DNA from: Spirochaetia bacterium | GTDB taxonomy: Bacteria; Spirochaetota; Spirochaetia; SZUA-6; Bin103 | Reading direction: 5' to 3' | Length of the DNA: 64,000 nucleotides | Assembly (NCBI GenBank): GCA_965198005.1 | Contig: CBDAOI010000001.1 | Location: 128,001 to 192,000, forward strand | Translations under genes and position numbers: made by a program | Notes under the pieces: generated by a model | What the model saw: only the letters and a program-made list of their open reading frames with translations | Told to the model about the DNA's origin: nothing | The model's database searches: none | In this document: piece after piece, positions 29,507 to 39,368 of the stretch | Position numbering within the stretch: position 1 is the stretch's first letter | Layout: each line of letters starts with the position of its first letter

Positions 29507-30196
29507 TCACGGCCGCGCCTGCTCGGCGGCCGTGACCGCGGCCAGCAGCACCGCCCCGCACAGTCTGCCCAGACGCGCATGGTCGAACGCCGCCGAGCGG
29601 CTGTGGTCGCAGTCCGCCAGCGCGTGCATGACGGTGTCCTGGAAGAAGCTGAAGGTGGCCACGACCGTCGACGGCGCCAGACCCAGCCGGCGCGCTGCGA
29701 CCCCGTAGCTCCGGCCGAGCTGGCGCCCCCGGCGCAACAGCGTCCCCCCCGGAGTGCTCGCCCGCGCACGCCGGCCGGTAGAGCCGTCGCCGGCCGTGGT
29801 GCCCCCCGGTCCGGCCACGGCGCACTCGATCAGCAGGCTGAGCAGTGCCCGTCCCAGTTCGGCCAGGGACCGCCGCTCGCCGCGCGTGAGACCGGCGCGC
29901 AGCGTACGCAGCGCCGCGGCCGAGGCGAGTCGCGGCGGCGCCGCCACCGCCGCCTGCACGGCGCTGCGCACCATGCGCTCGATGGCGGCCGCCTGCGCGG
30001 GGTCTTCGTGCGGCGCCGCCAGCACCTGCCGCAGGTCGCGTACCCGGTAGCGGCGATGGCCGCCGGGCGTGCGCAGGCAGGGAATGGTGCCCTTCTCGCT
30101 CCAGTTGCGCAGCGTCAGCGGGTGCACGCCGAGCATCGCGGCCGCCTCCCGAATGGTCAGCAGCCGCGCGTCACTCTCGTCCGTAACCGGTGCCAT
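29507..30196 (-). CDS. MerR/excisionase-type HTH regulator with a helical C-terminal domain, divergent from hemA
   Basis: LTIREAAAMLGVHPLTLRNWSEKG.IP.LRTPGGHRRY motif. Confidence 0.8.
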   Translation of the reverse strand: MAPVTDESDARLLTIREAAAMLGVHPLTLRNWSEKGTIPCLRTPGGHRRYRVRDLRQVLAAPHEDPAQAAAIERMVRSAVQAAVAAPPRLASAAALRTLRAGLTRGERRSLAELGRALLSLLIECAVAGPGGTTAGDGSTGRRARASTPGGTLLRRGRQLGRSYGVAARRLGLAPSTVVATFSFFQDTVMHALADCDHSRSAAFDHARLGRLCGAVLLAAVTAAEQARP

Positions 30197-30269
30197 GCGC
30201 TTGGAGGCCTGAAATTCCCGCTTGCGAATCACATAAAATCATATATATCTTGAACACGACGGACCCCGC

Positions 30270-31553
30270 ATGATTCGCGCCTGGTTACTCGATTATCGAC
30301 CCCTGCCGCCACCGCTGGCAAGCGCGGCCGCAGCGGCGGCGGCGCCGCTGGCGGAGCTGCTTGCGCGCGAGTTGCCGCGCAGCAACGGCCACCGGCCGGA
30401 GAGCGTGGTGCTCACCACCTGCCACCGTTGCGAGGTATACACGCACCAGGTGAGCTCGGAGGCGGTCGGCCGGCTGCTGCGGTCCCGGCTCCCGGCGGCG
30501 GCGGGCGAGCTGCTGTCGGTGCGCAGCGGCGATCCGGTCGCGCGCCATTTGATGCGCGTGGCGACGGGTCTGGAGTCGATGCTGCTCGGCGAGACCGAGG
30601 TCCAGGGCCAAGTGGTGGACGCGCTGGCCCGCGCCACGGCGCTCGGCAGCGCCGGGCCGGTGCTGGACGCGCTGTTTCGGGCCGCGGTCCACGCGGGGAA
30701 GCGGGCGCGCACGTCGACCGGGATCGGCCGGCACGCGACCTCGCTGGCAGCCGCCGGAGTGGACTTGGCGCTGGCCGGGTTGGACGGGGGCAACGGCCGG
30801 CACGTGGCGGTATTCGGCGCCGGCACCATGGCGCGCCGCGCGTGCGAACGGCTGCATGCCGCCGGGGTGGTGGCGTTGACCGTGGTCAACCGCACCGTCG
30901 CGCACGCCCGGGGCTTGGCCGCCCACTACGGCACGCGGGCGGTGCCGCTGACGCAGGCGGCGGCCGCGCTGCGGCGCGCGGATCTGGTGGTCGCCGCCAC
31001 CTCGGCGCCCGCGCCGATCATCGACCGCCGCCTGGTGCAGAGCGTGCTGGAGGCACGCGGCGGCCGCCCGCTGCACCTGGTGGACCTCGCGGTGCCGCGC
31101 AACGTCGCTCCGGACGTGCCTGCGCTGGCCGGCATCCACTACTACGACATTGCGGCGCTGGAGGGTGTCACCCAAGCCAGCCATGCCGCCCGCGCGGCCG
31201 AAATCCCGCGGGCGGAGACGATCATCGACGAGGAACTGGAGCGGTTTCAAGGCTGGCTCCGCCAACATGAGGTCGCGCCCACGCTGCGCATGCTGGGCGA
31301 GCTGGCGGCCGCCGCCCGCGACGCCGAGCTGCAGCGGGTCTGGCGGCGGCTGCCGGATCTGTCCGCGCGCGAACGGCGGGTGGTGGAGTCGTTGGCCCAC
31401 AACCTCGCCCACCGCCTGCTGCGCACGCCGATGGCTCGGCTGCGCGCCGCCGCCGGCAGCGACCGGGCCGGCGAGTACCGCACGGTCCTCGACCAGCTAT
31501 TCGCCGACGACGGGGCCCGGTCCGACGAGCAGGCGTCCGATGGCCGCACCTGA
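30270..31553 (+). CDS. hemA: Glutamyl-tRNA reductase
   Basis: TCHR.EVY, GLESMLLGE..VQGQV, GAGTMA and DLAVPRNV motifs. Confidence 0.92.
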   Translation: MIRAWLLDYRPLPPPLASAAAAAAAPLAELLARELPRSNGHRPESVVLTTCHRCEVYTHQVSSEAVGRLLRSRLPAAAGELLSVRSGDPVARHLMRVATGLESMLLGETEVQGQVVDALARATALGSAGPVLDALFRAAVHAGKRARTSTGIGRHATSLAAAGVDLALAGLDGGNGRHVAVFGAGTMARRACERLHAAGVVALTVVNRTVAHARGLAAHYGTRAVPLTQAAAALRRADLVVAATSAPAPIIDRRLVQSVLEARGGRPLHLVDLAVPRNVAPDVPALAGIHYYDIAALEGVTQASHAARAAEIPRAETIIDEELERFQGWLRQHEVAPTLRMLGELAAAARDAELQRVWRRLPDLSARERRVVESLAHNLAHRLLRTPMARLRAAAGSDRAGEYRTVLDQLFADDGARSDEQASDGRT

Positions 31554-32265
31554 CCCGCCGCCGCGTGCCGGGTTGCCACCCGCCGGTACGCCGCGCACTC
31601 TCAGCCACTTCGCGCTGCTGCGCTTCACCGGCGCCTACTGGGGGCTGGACGCGGCCGAGCGGCGCCGGCAGCACCGTGCGCTGCGGGACGGAGTGAGCCG
31701 CGTGGCCGACGCGGCGCATCTGTATCAGATGTTTCCCATGAGTGCCGCCGCCGACGTGCTGCTGTGGACCGCGCTCGAGACGGCCGAACCGGACCGGGTA
31801 CGCCGCTACTTCAGCGACCTGGCCGGCGTGTTGGCGCCGTTGCGGCCGTGGCTGGCGGTCGAGCTGGCACTGTGGGGCTTCACCCGCCCCTCCACCTATA
31901 CCAGGACGCGTTCCTCACAGGAGATGGATCCGTTCGGCACCCGCCGCAAGCCCTACCTGGTGCTGTACCCGTTCGTGAAGACCAGCGCCTGGTACGCGTT
32001 GAGCCGCGACACCCGCCAGGGGATGATGAACGGCCACATCCGGGTGGGCAAGGAGTATCCCGACGTCGACCAGCTCCTTCTGTATTCGGTGGGACTGCAG
32101 GATCAGGAGTTCGTCGTGGTGTACGAGACCGACGATCTGCCCCGCTTCTCGGATCTGGTGAATCGACTGCGCAGCACAGAAGCGCGCGCGTACACGGAAC
32201 GGGACACGCCGCTGTACACCGCGCTCCACCATCCGCACGGGGGCGCCCTGGAGCTGTTCGCGTGA
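31540..32265 (+). CDS. chdC: Coproheme decarboxylase (ChdC/HemQ, chlorite dismutase family)
   Basis: YPFVK..WY.L....RQGMM..H...G, GLQDQEFVVVYETDD and LRSTEAR.Y..RDTP motifs; lies within the hem operon. Confidence 0.82.
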   Translation: MAAPDPPPRAGLPPAGTPRTLSHFALLRFTGAYWGLDAAERRRQHRALRDGVSRVADAAHLYQMFPMSAAADVLLWTALETAEPDRVRRYFSDLAGVLAPLRPWLAVELALWGFTRPSTYTRTRSSQEMDPFGTRRKPYLVLYPFVKTSAWYALSRDTRQGMMNGHIRVGKEYPDVDQLLLYSVGLQDQEFVVVYETDDLPRFSDLVNRLRSTEARAYTERDTPLYTALHHPHGGALELFA

Positions 32266-32338
32266 CCGGCGGCGCAGCTCGTCACGGCGTGGCCGGTCGC
32301 AGCACCGCTCGTCGCAGTTCGGCTCGTCGCGGCGCGGC

Positions 32339-33409
32339 GTGAGCGCGACCGCGCCCCTGCTGGACGCCTGCCGGCGCCGGCCGGTGGCCCGCGTTCCGAT
32401 CTGGCTCATGCGCCAGGCGGGGCGCTACCTGCCCGAATACCGTGCCCTGCGCGCGGCGCACGGCATCCTGGAGATCATCGGCAATCCCGAGCTTGCGGCC
32501 ACCGTCACGCTGCAACCGCTCCGCCGGTTCGACCTGGACGCTGCGATCATCTTCGCCGACATCCTGCCGCCGCTGACCGGCATGGGGCTGGAGTTGTCGT
32601 TCGGCGCCGGCACCAGCCCCCGGATCCACAACCCGATCCGCTCCGCGGCGGAGGTCCGGGCGCTGCGGGTTCCGGACCCGCGCGAATACCTGGCGCCGAC
32701 GCTGCGCGCCCTGGAGTTGGTGCGTGCCGCCCTGCCGCACCCGGTTGCCCTGCTCGGCTTTGCCGGCGCGCCGTTCACGCTGGCCACGTACGCGATCGAA
32801 GGCTCCTCCTCGCGCCACTTCGCCCGCACCAAGCGGCTGATGTTCGAGCAGCCGGCCGCGTGGCGCACGCTGATGAGCAAGCTGACCCGCTTGGTGACCG
32901 CCTATCTGACCGCCCAGGTGGAAGCGGGCGCACAGGCGGTGCAGGTGTTCGACAGTTGGGCCGGCACGCTGGGCAGGACGGATTTTCGCGCCCAGGTCCT
33001 GCCATGGGCGCGGCAGGTATGCGCCGCCGTGGCGCGCACCGGCGCCCCGGTGATCTACTTCAGCACCGGCACCGGTGGGCTGCTGGACGACTTGGCGACC
33101 CTGGGCTGCGACGTGCTGAGCGTGGACTGGCGGGTGGACCTGGGCGCGGCCCGCCGCCGCCTGCCGCGGTCGATGGCGCTGCAGGGCAACCTGGAACCGG
33201 CGCTCCTGCTCGGGCCGCCCGCGTTGCTGCGCGCGCGCGCGCGCTCGGTGCTGGCCGCGGCCGCCGATGCGCCGGGCTTCATCTTCAATCTCGGGCACGG
33301 GGTGCCGCCGGAGACCCCGCCGGAGGCGGTGGCGCAGCTCGTGGACGAGGTGCACGCCGCACGGCCGGGGTCTGCGGAACCGCGCCCGGCGGCGCTCCCG
33401 CCAGCATGA
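32339..33409 (+). CDS. hemE: Uroporphyrinogen decarboxylase
   Basis: PIWLMRQAGRYLPEY, FADIL, QVFDSW, LQGNL and FNLGHG motifs. Confidence 0.96.
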   Translation: MSATAPLLDACRRRPVARVPIWLMRQAGRYLPEYRALRAAHGILEIIGNPELAATVTLQPLRRFDLDAAIIFADILPPLTGMGLELSFGAGTSPRIHNPIRSAAEVRALRVPDPREYLAPTLRALELVRAALPHPVALLGFAGAPFTLATYAIEGSSSRHFARTKRLMFEQPAAWRTLMSKLTRLVTAYLTAQVEAGAQAVQVFDSWAGTLGRTDFRAQVLPWARQVCAAVARTGAPVIYFSTGTGGLLDDLATLGCDVLSVDWRVDLGAARRRLPRSMALQGNLEPALLLGPPALLRARARSVLAAAADAPGFIFNLGHGVPPETPPEAVAQLVDEVHAARPGSAEPRPAALPPA

Positions 33410-34347
33410 CCCGCGACCCGGGCGGCCCCCTCGGCGTGGTGGTGATGGCCTACGGCGGGCCCGACTCCCTGGACGAGGTCGCCCCCTACCTGCTCGACAT
33501 CCGCGGCGGGCGCCCGACCCCGCCGGAGCTGATCGCGGAGGTACGCGAGCGCTACCGCCGGATCGGCGGCCGGTCACCGCTGCGCGCCGTTACCGAAGCC
33601 CAGGCCCGCGCCTTGGAGATGGAGCTGCAGGCGCGCGGCAACGCGGTCGCCGTAACCGTCGGCATGCGCCATTGGAAGCCGCGCATCGCGGAAGCCGTGG
33701 CGCACCTCGCTGGGCGCGGCGTGCGCGCGGCGGTGGCGGTGGCCATGGCTCCGCACTACGCGCGGCGCAGCGTCGGCGAGTACCACCGGCAGGTGCAGGC
33801 CGCCTGCGGCGCGCTGCCGGCGGCCCCGCGCTTCGCCTTCGTCTCGCACTACTGCGACCACCCGCGGTTCGTGGCCGCGGTGGCGCGCGACCTGCGCCGG
33901 GTGCGGGCGGGCCTGGCCGATCCCGAACGGGTCCGGGTGCTGTTTTCCGCCCACAGCCTGCCGGCGGCGTGGCTCGAGGAGGGCGACCCGTACGTGGCGC
34001 AGCTCCGGGAGTCGGCGGCGGCGGTCGCCGCCCGCGCCGGCCTGCCCGCCGGGAGCTGGCGGCAGTGCTTCCAGTCCGCCGGCGCCCGGCCGGGCGCGTG
34101 GCTGGGCCCTTCCCTGACCGCGGAGCTGCACGCTGCCGCGCGGTCCGGCGTGCCGGCCGTGCTCGTAGTGCCGTTCGGGTTCGTAGCCGATCACGTGGAG
34201 GTGCTGTACGACATCGACCTCGAGCTGCGCGAGCTGGGAGCGACCCTCGGCGTGGCGGTGGCGCGCACGCCCGCCCTCGGCACCGATCCGGACCTGATCG
34301 CAGCCGTGGCCGACCGAGTCTTGGATGCGGCCAGCACCGTACGATAG
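33406..34347 (+). CDS. hemH: Ferrochelatase (coproporphyrin type CpfC by context)
   Basis: MAYGGP, IGGRSPL, FSAHSLP, WLGP and GFVADHVEVLYDID motifs. Confidence 0.93.
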   Translation: MTRDPGGPLGVVVMAYGGPDSLDEVAPYLLDIRGGRPTPPELIAEVRERYRRIGGRSPLRAVTEAQARALEMELQARGNAVAVTVGMRHWKPRIAEAVAHLAGRGVRAAVAVAMAPHYARRSVGEYHRQVQAACGALPAAPRFAFVSHYCDHPRFVAAVARDLRRVRAGLADPERVRVLFSAHSLPAAWLEEGDPYVAQLRESAAAVAARAGLPAGSWRQCFQSAGARPGAWLGPSLTAELHAAARSGVPAVLVVPFGFVADHVEVLYDIDLELRELGATLGVAVARTPALGTDPDLIAAVADRVLDAASTVR

Positions 34348-34380
34348 CTCTGATTGTAGTTGGGGAACGAACGAATCCGG

Positions 34381-34409
34381 TTGAAGGCGAACCGGTAGTC
34401 TGATAGTAT
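34381..34409 (+). promoter_or_regulatory. Candidate sigma70 promoter of the inserted module
   Basis: TTGAAG-N17-TAGTAT with an extended TG. Confidence 0.4.
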
Positions 34410-34587
34410 CGGATGGAGTTCTCACGACTGAGCCGCGGCATCCCATTGTGTTGTATTGCTGAACACAGCCATTCTGGAGCGACTGTCCTGGACATATCCG
34501 ACTCACGCAGCCGCTCTCGTCGATGGTTCCGCCTGCCTCGGAAGGTTCGCGAGGGGCCAAAATGGAAATACTGGAGGGAGACAGAAG

Positions 34588-35654
34588 ATGAAGTCGCTTG
34601 AGGGCATGGATCTCATTGATCGGATGCGAGAGATTGCGAACCGAATGCGTGCGCGACTGGACAAGATAGAGACGGAAGAAGCAACAAAAAACGCTCTGGT
34701 GATGCCGTTCATTAAAGAAGTGCTCGGTTACAACGTCTTCGATCCTTCAGAGGTTGTGCCCGAGTTCACCGCTGACATCGGCACGAAGAAGGGTGAGAAG
34801 GTGGACTACGCACTCCTCCAAGACGATAAGCCGGTCATGCTTTTCGAATGCAAGCGCTACGACTCGAACCTGGATACCGAGCCGGCATCGCAACTCTACC
34901 GTTACTTCAGTGTTACTCCGGCACGTTTCGGCGTCCTGACGGACGGCATCATCTATTGAACAAAATGGATAGCAAGCCGTTCTTCGAGATCAACATGTTG
35001 GACTTCAACGAAGCGGAGGTTGAGGAGCTTCGGCGTTTTTCCAAGACATCGTACAACCTGGAGCAGATCCTCAGCACCGCGAAGGACTTGAAGTACTCCC
35101 GTGAGATCAAGAGGCTCTTGGCCAGCGAGTGGTCGGAGCCGTCTGAGAGTTTTGTCCGCTATGTCGCTGGGCAGGTGTACGATGGGCCCAGGACGAAAGC
35201 TATCATCGACCAGTTTAGCCGGATCACTAAGAAGGCGCTCAATCAGTTCTTGGCCGACCGGATCAACGACCGACTCACTTCGGCGTTGCACGGGGAGGAC
35301 GTAACTGACGAGGCAGAGGAGCAAACGGGAACAGTTCCAGACGATGAGAGTGACACCATCGTCACCACTGAAGATGAGTGGCAAGGGTACTTTGCGGTCA
35401 AGGCGATCCTCTCGCCAGAAGTATCCCCGGAACGCGTGACCATCCGCGACAGAAAGAGCTACTGCACGATCCTGCTAGATGGCAGCGTCCGCAAACCTAT
35501 ATGCCGCCTGTATTTCAACAGGGCACAGAAGTACTTGGGCCTGTTCGATGGACAGTTGGAACGTCTGCCGGTTGATTCCGTGAATGACATCTTTCAGTAT
35601 TCAGCGCGGCTGCTGGCAACGGTTCAAGGATACGACAACGACGTCGATAGGTAG
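34588..35654 (+). pseudogene. Type I restriction HsdR N-terminal-like endonuclease domain protein, frameshifted at ~34957
   Basis: TEEATKNALVMPFI, KKGEKVDYA, FECK, QLYRYF, LTDGIIY* then NKMDSKPF...RDRKSYC...KPICRLYFN; lower GC. Confidence 0.8.
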
Positions 35655-35829
35655 ATACTGTTCAGGGAATCGGAGCGGCCACACGATACTACCAGCCGCT
35701 CCAACCAAGACTCGCTTCCGGAGGAACTTCAAGTCACCGTTGTGATGGAATGAACCACATATCGCGCAAGAATACGGCGCAGCGCGTCAGCTTGCCGTCA
35801 CCGAACAAACACGACCGTGAGCAAAGCTC

Positions 35830-37251
35830 ATGGCCGTGCCGCGGGTAGTGGTGATCGGCGGTGGCATTACCGGTCTGGCCACCGCCTTCTACCTGCAGCG
35901 GGCCGCGGCCGGAGGCGCCCGCCCCCGGTGGGAGGTCGTGGTGCTGGAGGCGGCGCGGCAGGCCGGCGGCAAGCTGCGGACCGAGCAGGGCGCCGGGTTT
36001 CTGGTCGAAGCCGGGCCCGACTCGTTTCTCACTTCCAAGCCGGCCGCGGTGGAGTTGTGCCGCGAGGTGGGGCTGGAGCCGGCGCTGATTCCGCAGCAAC
36101 CGCCCCGTGGGGCGTACGTGCTGCGCCGCGGCCGCCTGGTCCCGATTCCGGCCGGCATGCGCCTGGTCCATCCCACCCGCCCGTGGCCCTTCCTGCGCTC
36201 GCCGCTGCTCTCGCTGCCCGGCCGGCTGCGGGCGCTGCTGCACCCGCTGACCGGACGCCCGCAGACTCCCGGCGACGAGAGTGTCGGCTCGTTCGTGCAG
36301 CGCCGCTACGGGGCGGAAATGTTGCGCGTGCTCGGTGAACCGCTGCTGGCCGGGATCCACTTGGCCGACCCGTGGCAGTTGAGTCTGGCCGCGACCTTCC
36401 CGGCCCTGCGCGCCAGCGCCGGGAAAGCCGCCGCGCCGCCCCCTGCCCCGCCCCCTGCCCCACTCCCGCCGCACCTGCGCGGCAGCCCGTTCGCGAGTCT
36501 TGCCGGCGGTATGGACGAGTTGGTCAGCAAGCTTTGCGCCTGCCTGGGCGACGCGCTGCGGACCGCGGCGCCGGTGGCGGAAGTCGCCGGCGCCGGCGGC
36601 GGCTACCGCATCCGCCTGCGGTCGCAGCCGGACCCGCTGGCGGCGGCGGCGGTGGTGATCACCACTCCCGCCGCCGCCGCCGGGCGCATCGTCACGCGCC
36701 TCAACCCGCGGCTGGCCGGGCTCCTGTCCGGCAGCGACGCCGTGTCTTCGGCAGTCGTCACCCTCGGGTTCGCGGACACCGGCGCGCGGTCGGTGCCCGG
36801 CCGGCGCGGACTGCGCGGTTCGGGGTTCGTGGTGCCGCGCGGCGAAGGCAGCGAGTTGCTGGCCTGCACCTGGAGCTCCAGCAAGTGGGCCGGACGCGCC
36901 CCTGCCGGCGGGCTGCTGGTGCGGGCGTTCCTGGGCGGCTGGCGCCACCCCGAGCTGCTGCAGCGCGACGACGCGCACCTGATCGGGCTGGTGCAGCGCG
37001 AACTGGCCACGATCATGGGCGCCGCGCTGCCGGCCGCGCCCCCGGCGGTGACCGCCGTGCACCGGTGGCCGGCGGCGACCCCGGTGTACCGCGTCGGCCA
37101 TCGCGACTGGGTGGCGCAGGTGAACGCCGCCGCGGCCGCCACGCCGGGGCTCTGGCTGGCAGGCGCACCCTACGACGGGGTCGGCATTCCCGACTGCGTG
37201 CGCCAAGCCCGACAGACCGCGGCCGCGGTGGCCGCCTTCCTGTCAGCCTGA
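35830..37251 (+). CDS. hemY: Protoporphyrinogen/coproporphyrinogen oxidase (HemY/CgoX)
   Basis: GGGITGL, GGKLRT, EAGPDSF, ACTWSSSKW and GVGIPDCV motifs. Confidence 0.92.
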   Translation: MAVPRVVVIGGGITGLATAFYLQRAAAGGARPRWEVVVLEAARQAGGKLRTEQGAGFLVEAGPDSFLTSKPAAVELCREVGLEPALIPQQPPRGAYVLRRGRLVPIPAGMRLVHPTRPWPFLRSPLLSLPGRLRALLHPLTGRPQTPGDESVGSFVQRRYGAEMLRVLGEPLLAGIHLADPWQLSLAATFPALRASAGKAAAPPPAPPPAPLPPHLRGSPFASLAGGMDELVSKLCACLGDALRTAAPVAEVAGAGGGYRIRLRSQPDPLAAAAVVITTPAAAAGRIVTRLNPRLAGLLSGSDAVSSAVVTLGFADTGARSVPGRRGLRGSGFVVPRGEGSELLACTWSSSKWAGRAPAGGLLVRAFLGGWRHPELLQRDDAHLIGLVQRELATIMGAALPAAPPAVTAVHRWPAATPVYRVGHRDWVAQVNAAAAATPGLWLAGAPYDGVGIPDCVRQARQTAAAVAAFLSA

Positions 37252-37439
37252 CCGCACCTGCCCCACGTGAGCCGGGTGCGCGGCTGACCATCAGCGCCGG
37301 TGTAGCGGCACGTCACCGGCTCTTCATCATGTCCATCATGTCCCATGAAGCGCCGGTGAAGCATCGGCGACCGCACGCAGTTATCGGGAGTACGGCAACG
37401 CCGATGCTGTACGACGCCGCACCCGTCGCGGGGAGATAC

Positions 37440-38048
37440 GTAACCGTGGTGGACCACCTCGAAGTCGAACCGCGCCGTGTGCCCCAGACGCCTCCAGTCC
37501 GCCCCGCCCACCCGCACTTCGCACTCCAACGCGGGCACGCGCCGTGGCCGTGCACCCAGAAGCCGCGCGCACGTACCGGTCGCTCCATCGGCCCCTACCA
37601 CAAACCGAGCGCTCACTTCTTCCCCGGCTTCCGTTCCGAGGGTCACGCACCCGGCCGCCGGACCCGGACCCAACCGCTCCACGGCGGCCACCATCAAACG
37701 CGCGCCCGCCCGCACCGCGGCACGGACCAGGGCCGCGTCGAAGCTGGCCCGCATCACCAGGTAGATCGGAGGCCGGCGCGGCTCGATCACGGTCTCGGTC
37801 CCGCGGCGCAGCAACCCGACGGCGATCCGCCGGCACACCGCCTCGACCGCCTCGACCAGCAGCGCAGCCCGTACGTCGGGCGGCAGGGGTTGCAGCGCAC
37901 GCCGCACCACCCCGCCGCCGCAGGTCTTGGAGCGTGGCGGCGCCCGGCGTTCCAGCAGCACCACGCGCAGTCCGCCCCGCGCCAGATGCAGGGCCGCCGT
38001 GGCGCCCGCGGGGCCGGCGCCGACCACCGCCACGTCGCAGCAGGTCAT
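37440..38048 (-). pseudogene. Geranylgeranyl reductase-family FAD oxidoreductase, 3'-truncated
   Basis: DVAVVGAGPAG, R.KTCGGG, R..FD..L and VVGADG motifs; homology stops at FEVVHHGY. Confidence 0.75.
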
Positions 38049-38758
38049 CGCGCCACCAGCTCCGCGATCGCGTGCACGATACGGTCCGGCCGCACCGGAG
38101 CGTCCGCCGGCAGTCCGCGCCGGCGGCTGTCCACCCACACCGTGTGCAGGCCCAGAGCCAAGCCGCCGGCGATGTCCTTCGCCAGATCGTCGCCCACCAT
38201 CCAGGCGTCCGCGGCGGTCGCGCCCAGGCTGGCCAGCGCGTGCTCGAACACCGCCCGGCCCGGCTTGCCGCTGCCGAACTCGCCTTCCACCACCACCACG
38301 TCGAACCGGGACGCCAACTCCACCCGCGCGATCTTGGCGCGCTGGCCGGCCGCCTCGCCGTTGGTCACCAGCCCAAGCGCCACCCCGTGGCGGCGCAACT
38401 CGCCGAGCGTCTCCAACGCCCCAGGGAACGGTCGCAGCAGCCGCACCCGCTCCGCCACCACGAACGGGCCGACCCAGTGCGAGATGCCGTCGTCCGGCAC
38501 CCCGAGTTGCCGCAGACCGCGGCGCGCGATGCAGGTTCGCGCCCCGGCCTGGTCGAGCCGGCCCCAGTCCTGGCGGTCCGGCGCCTGCCAGAACCAGCGG
38601 TCGGCGGCCTGGAACTCCGCGAACGCCCGCTCCCGGTCCAGGCCATGGGTGCGCTCGATCCGGGCGGCTGCTTCCTGCCAGGCACCGAGCGCCGCCCGGT
38701 GGGTATCGACCACGGTATCGTCCAGGTCGAACAGGATGGCGCCGGGCAGGGCATTCAC
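38045..38758 (-). CDS. HAD-superfamily hydrolase
   Basis: FDLDDT, LVTNG, KP and MVGDD...DI motifs. Confidence 0.9.
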   Translation of the reverse strand: MNALPGAILFDLDDTVVDTHRAALGAWQEAAARIERTHGLDRERAFAEFQAADRWFWQAPDRQDWGRLDQAGARTCIARRGLRQLGVPDDGISHWVGPFVVAERVRLLRPFPGALETLGELRRHGVALGLVTNGEAAGQRAKIARVELASRFDVVVVEGEFGSGKPGRAVFEHALASLGATAADAWMVGDDLAKDIAGGLALGLHTVWVDSRRRGLPADAPVRPDRIVHAIAELVAR

Positions 38759-38900
38759 GCTCCCACCCTAGACAACGCGGCCGCCGTTGGCAACGCCCGC
38801 CCATCGGCCCGCTCCGCCCGACACCGCCCCCACGCGGCCTGCGAATTCGGTTGATTTTTTCGGCAGTTGCGTCCACATTTAGATTGGGAGACAATCGGAC

Positions 38901-39368
38901 GTGTCGGTGTATCATGAGTTGGAGCACCATCCGATCGGGTCGATCACGCTCGAGCAGTCGCTTTCGGTGCGTGACACCGCCGCGGTGCGCGAGGTGGTGG
39001 CGGCCATGCATGATGCCGGGACCGACCACGCACTGGTGTTCACTGGGGAGCGCTTGGCCGGCATCTTCACCGAACGCGACCTGCTGGCCCGGACGGTGCG
39101 TCCCGACGGGCTGCCGGACGCACCGGTGCGCGACTTCATGACCCCGGATCCGACCGTCCTGGAAGCGTCGCACGCGGTCAGTCTGGCCCTGGAACCGATG
39201 GCCAGAAGGCGCTACCGCCACCTGCCCATCGTGAACGGCCAGCGCGAGTTCATCGGGGTCCTGACCGCCCACAATCTGTTCCAGTTTCTGGCCGAGATGC
39301 TGCCCGACCGGATCCTCAACCTGCCGCCCCGGCCGCATCAGACCCTGCAGGCGCCGGAGGGAGCATGA
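38901..39368 (+). CDS. CBS-pair (Bateman module) protein
   Basis: LAGIFTERD, VRDFMTPDP and RHLPIVN motifs; stop overlaps the korA start. Confidence 0.88.
   Translation: MSVYHELEHHPIGSITLEQSLSVRDTAAVREVVAAMHDAGTDHALVFTGERLAGIFTERDLLARTVRPDGLPDAPVRDFMTPDPTVLEASHAVSLALEPMARRRYRHLPIVNGQREFIGVLTAHNLFQFLAEMLPDRILNLPPRPHQTLQAPEGA

Noticed and set aside
37170..39338. 722-aa minus-strand ORF
   Set aside because: Chimera of antisense/alternate frames plus the truncated geranylgeranyl reductase.
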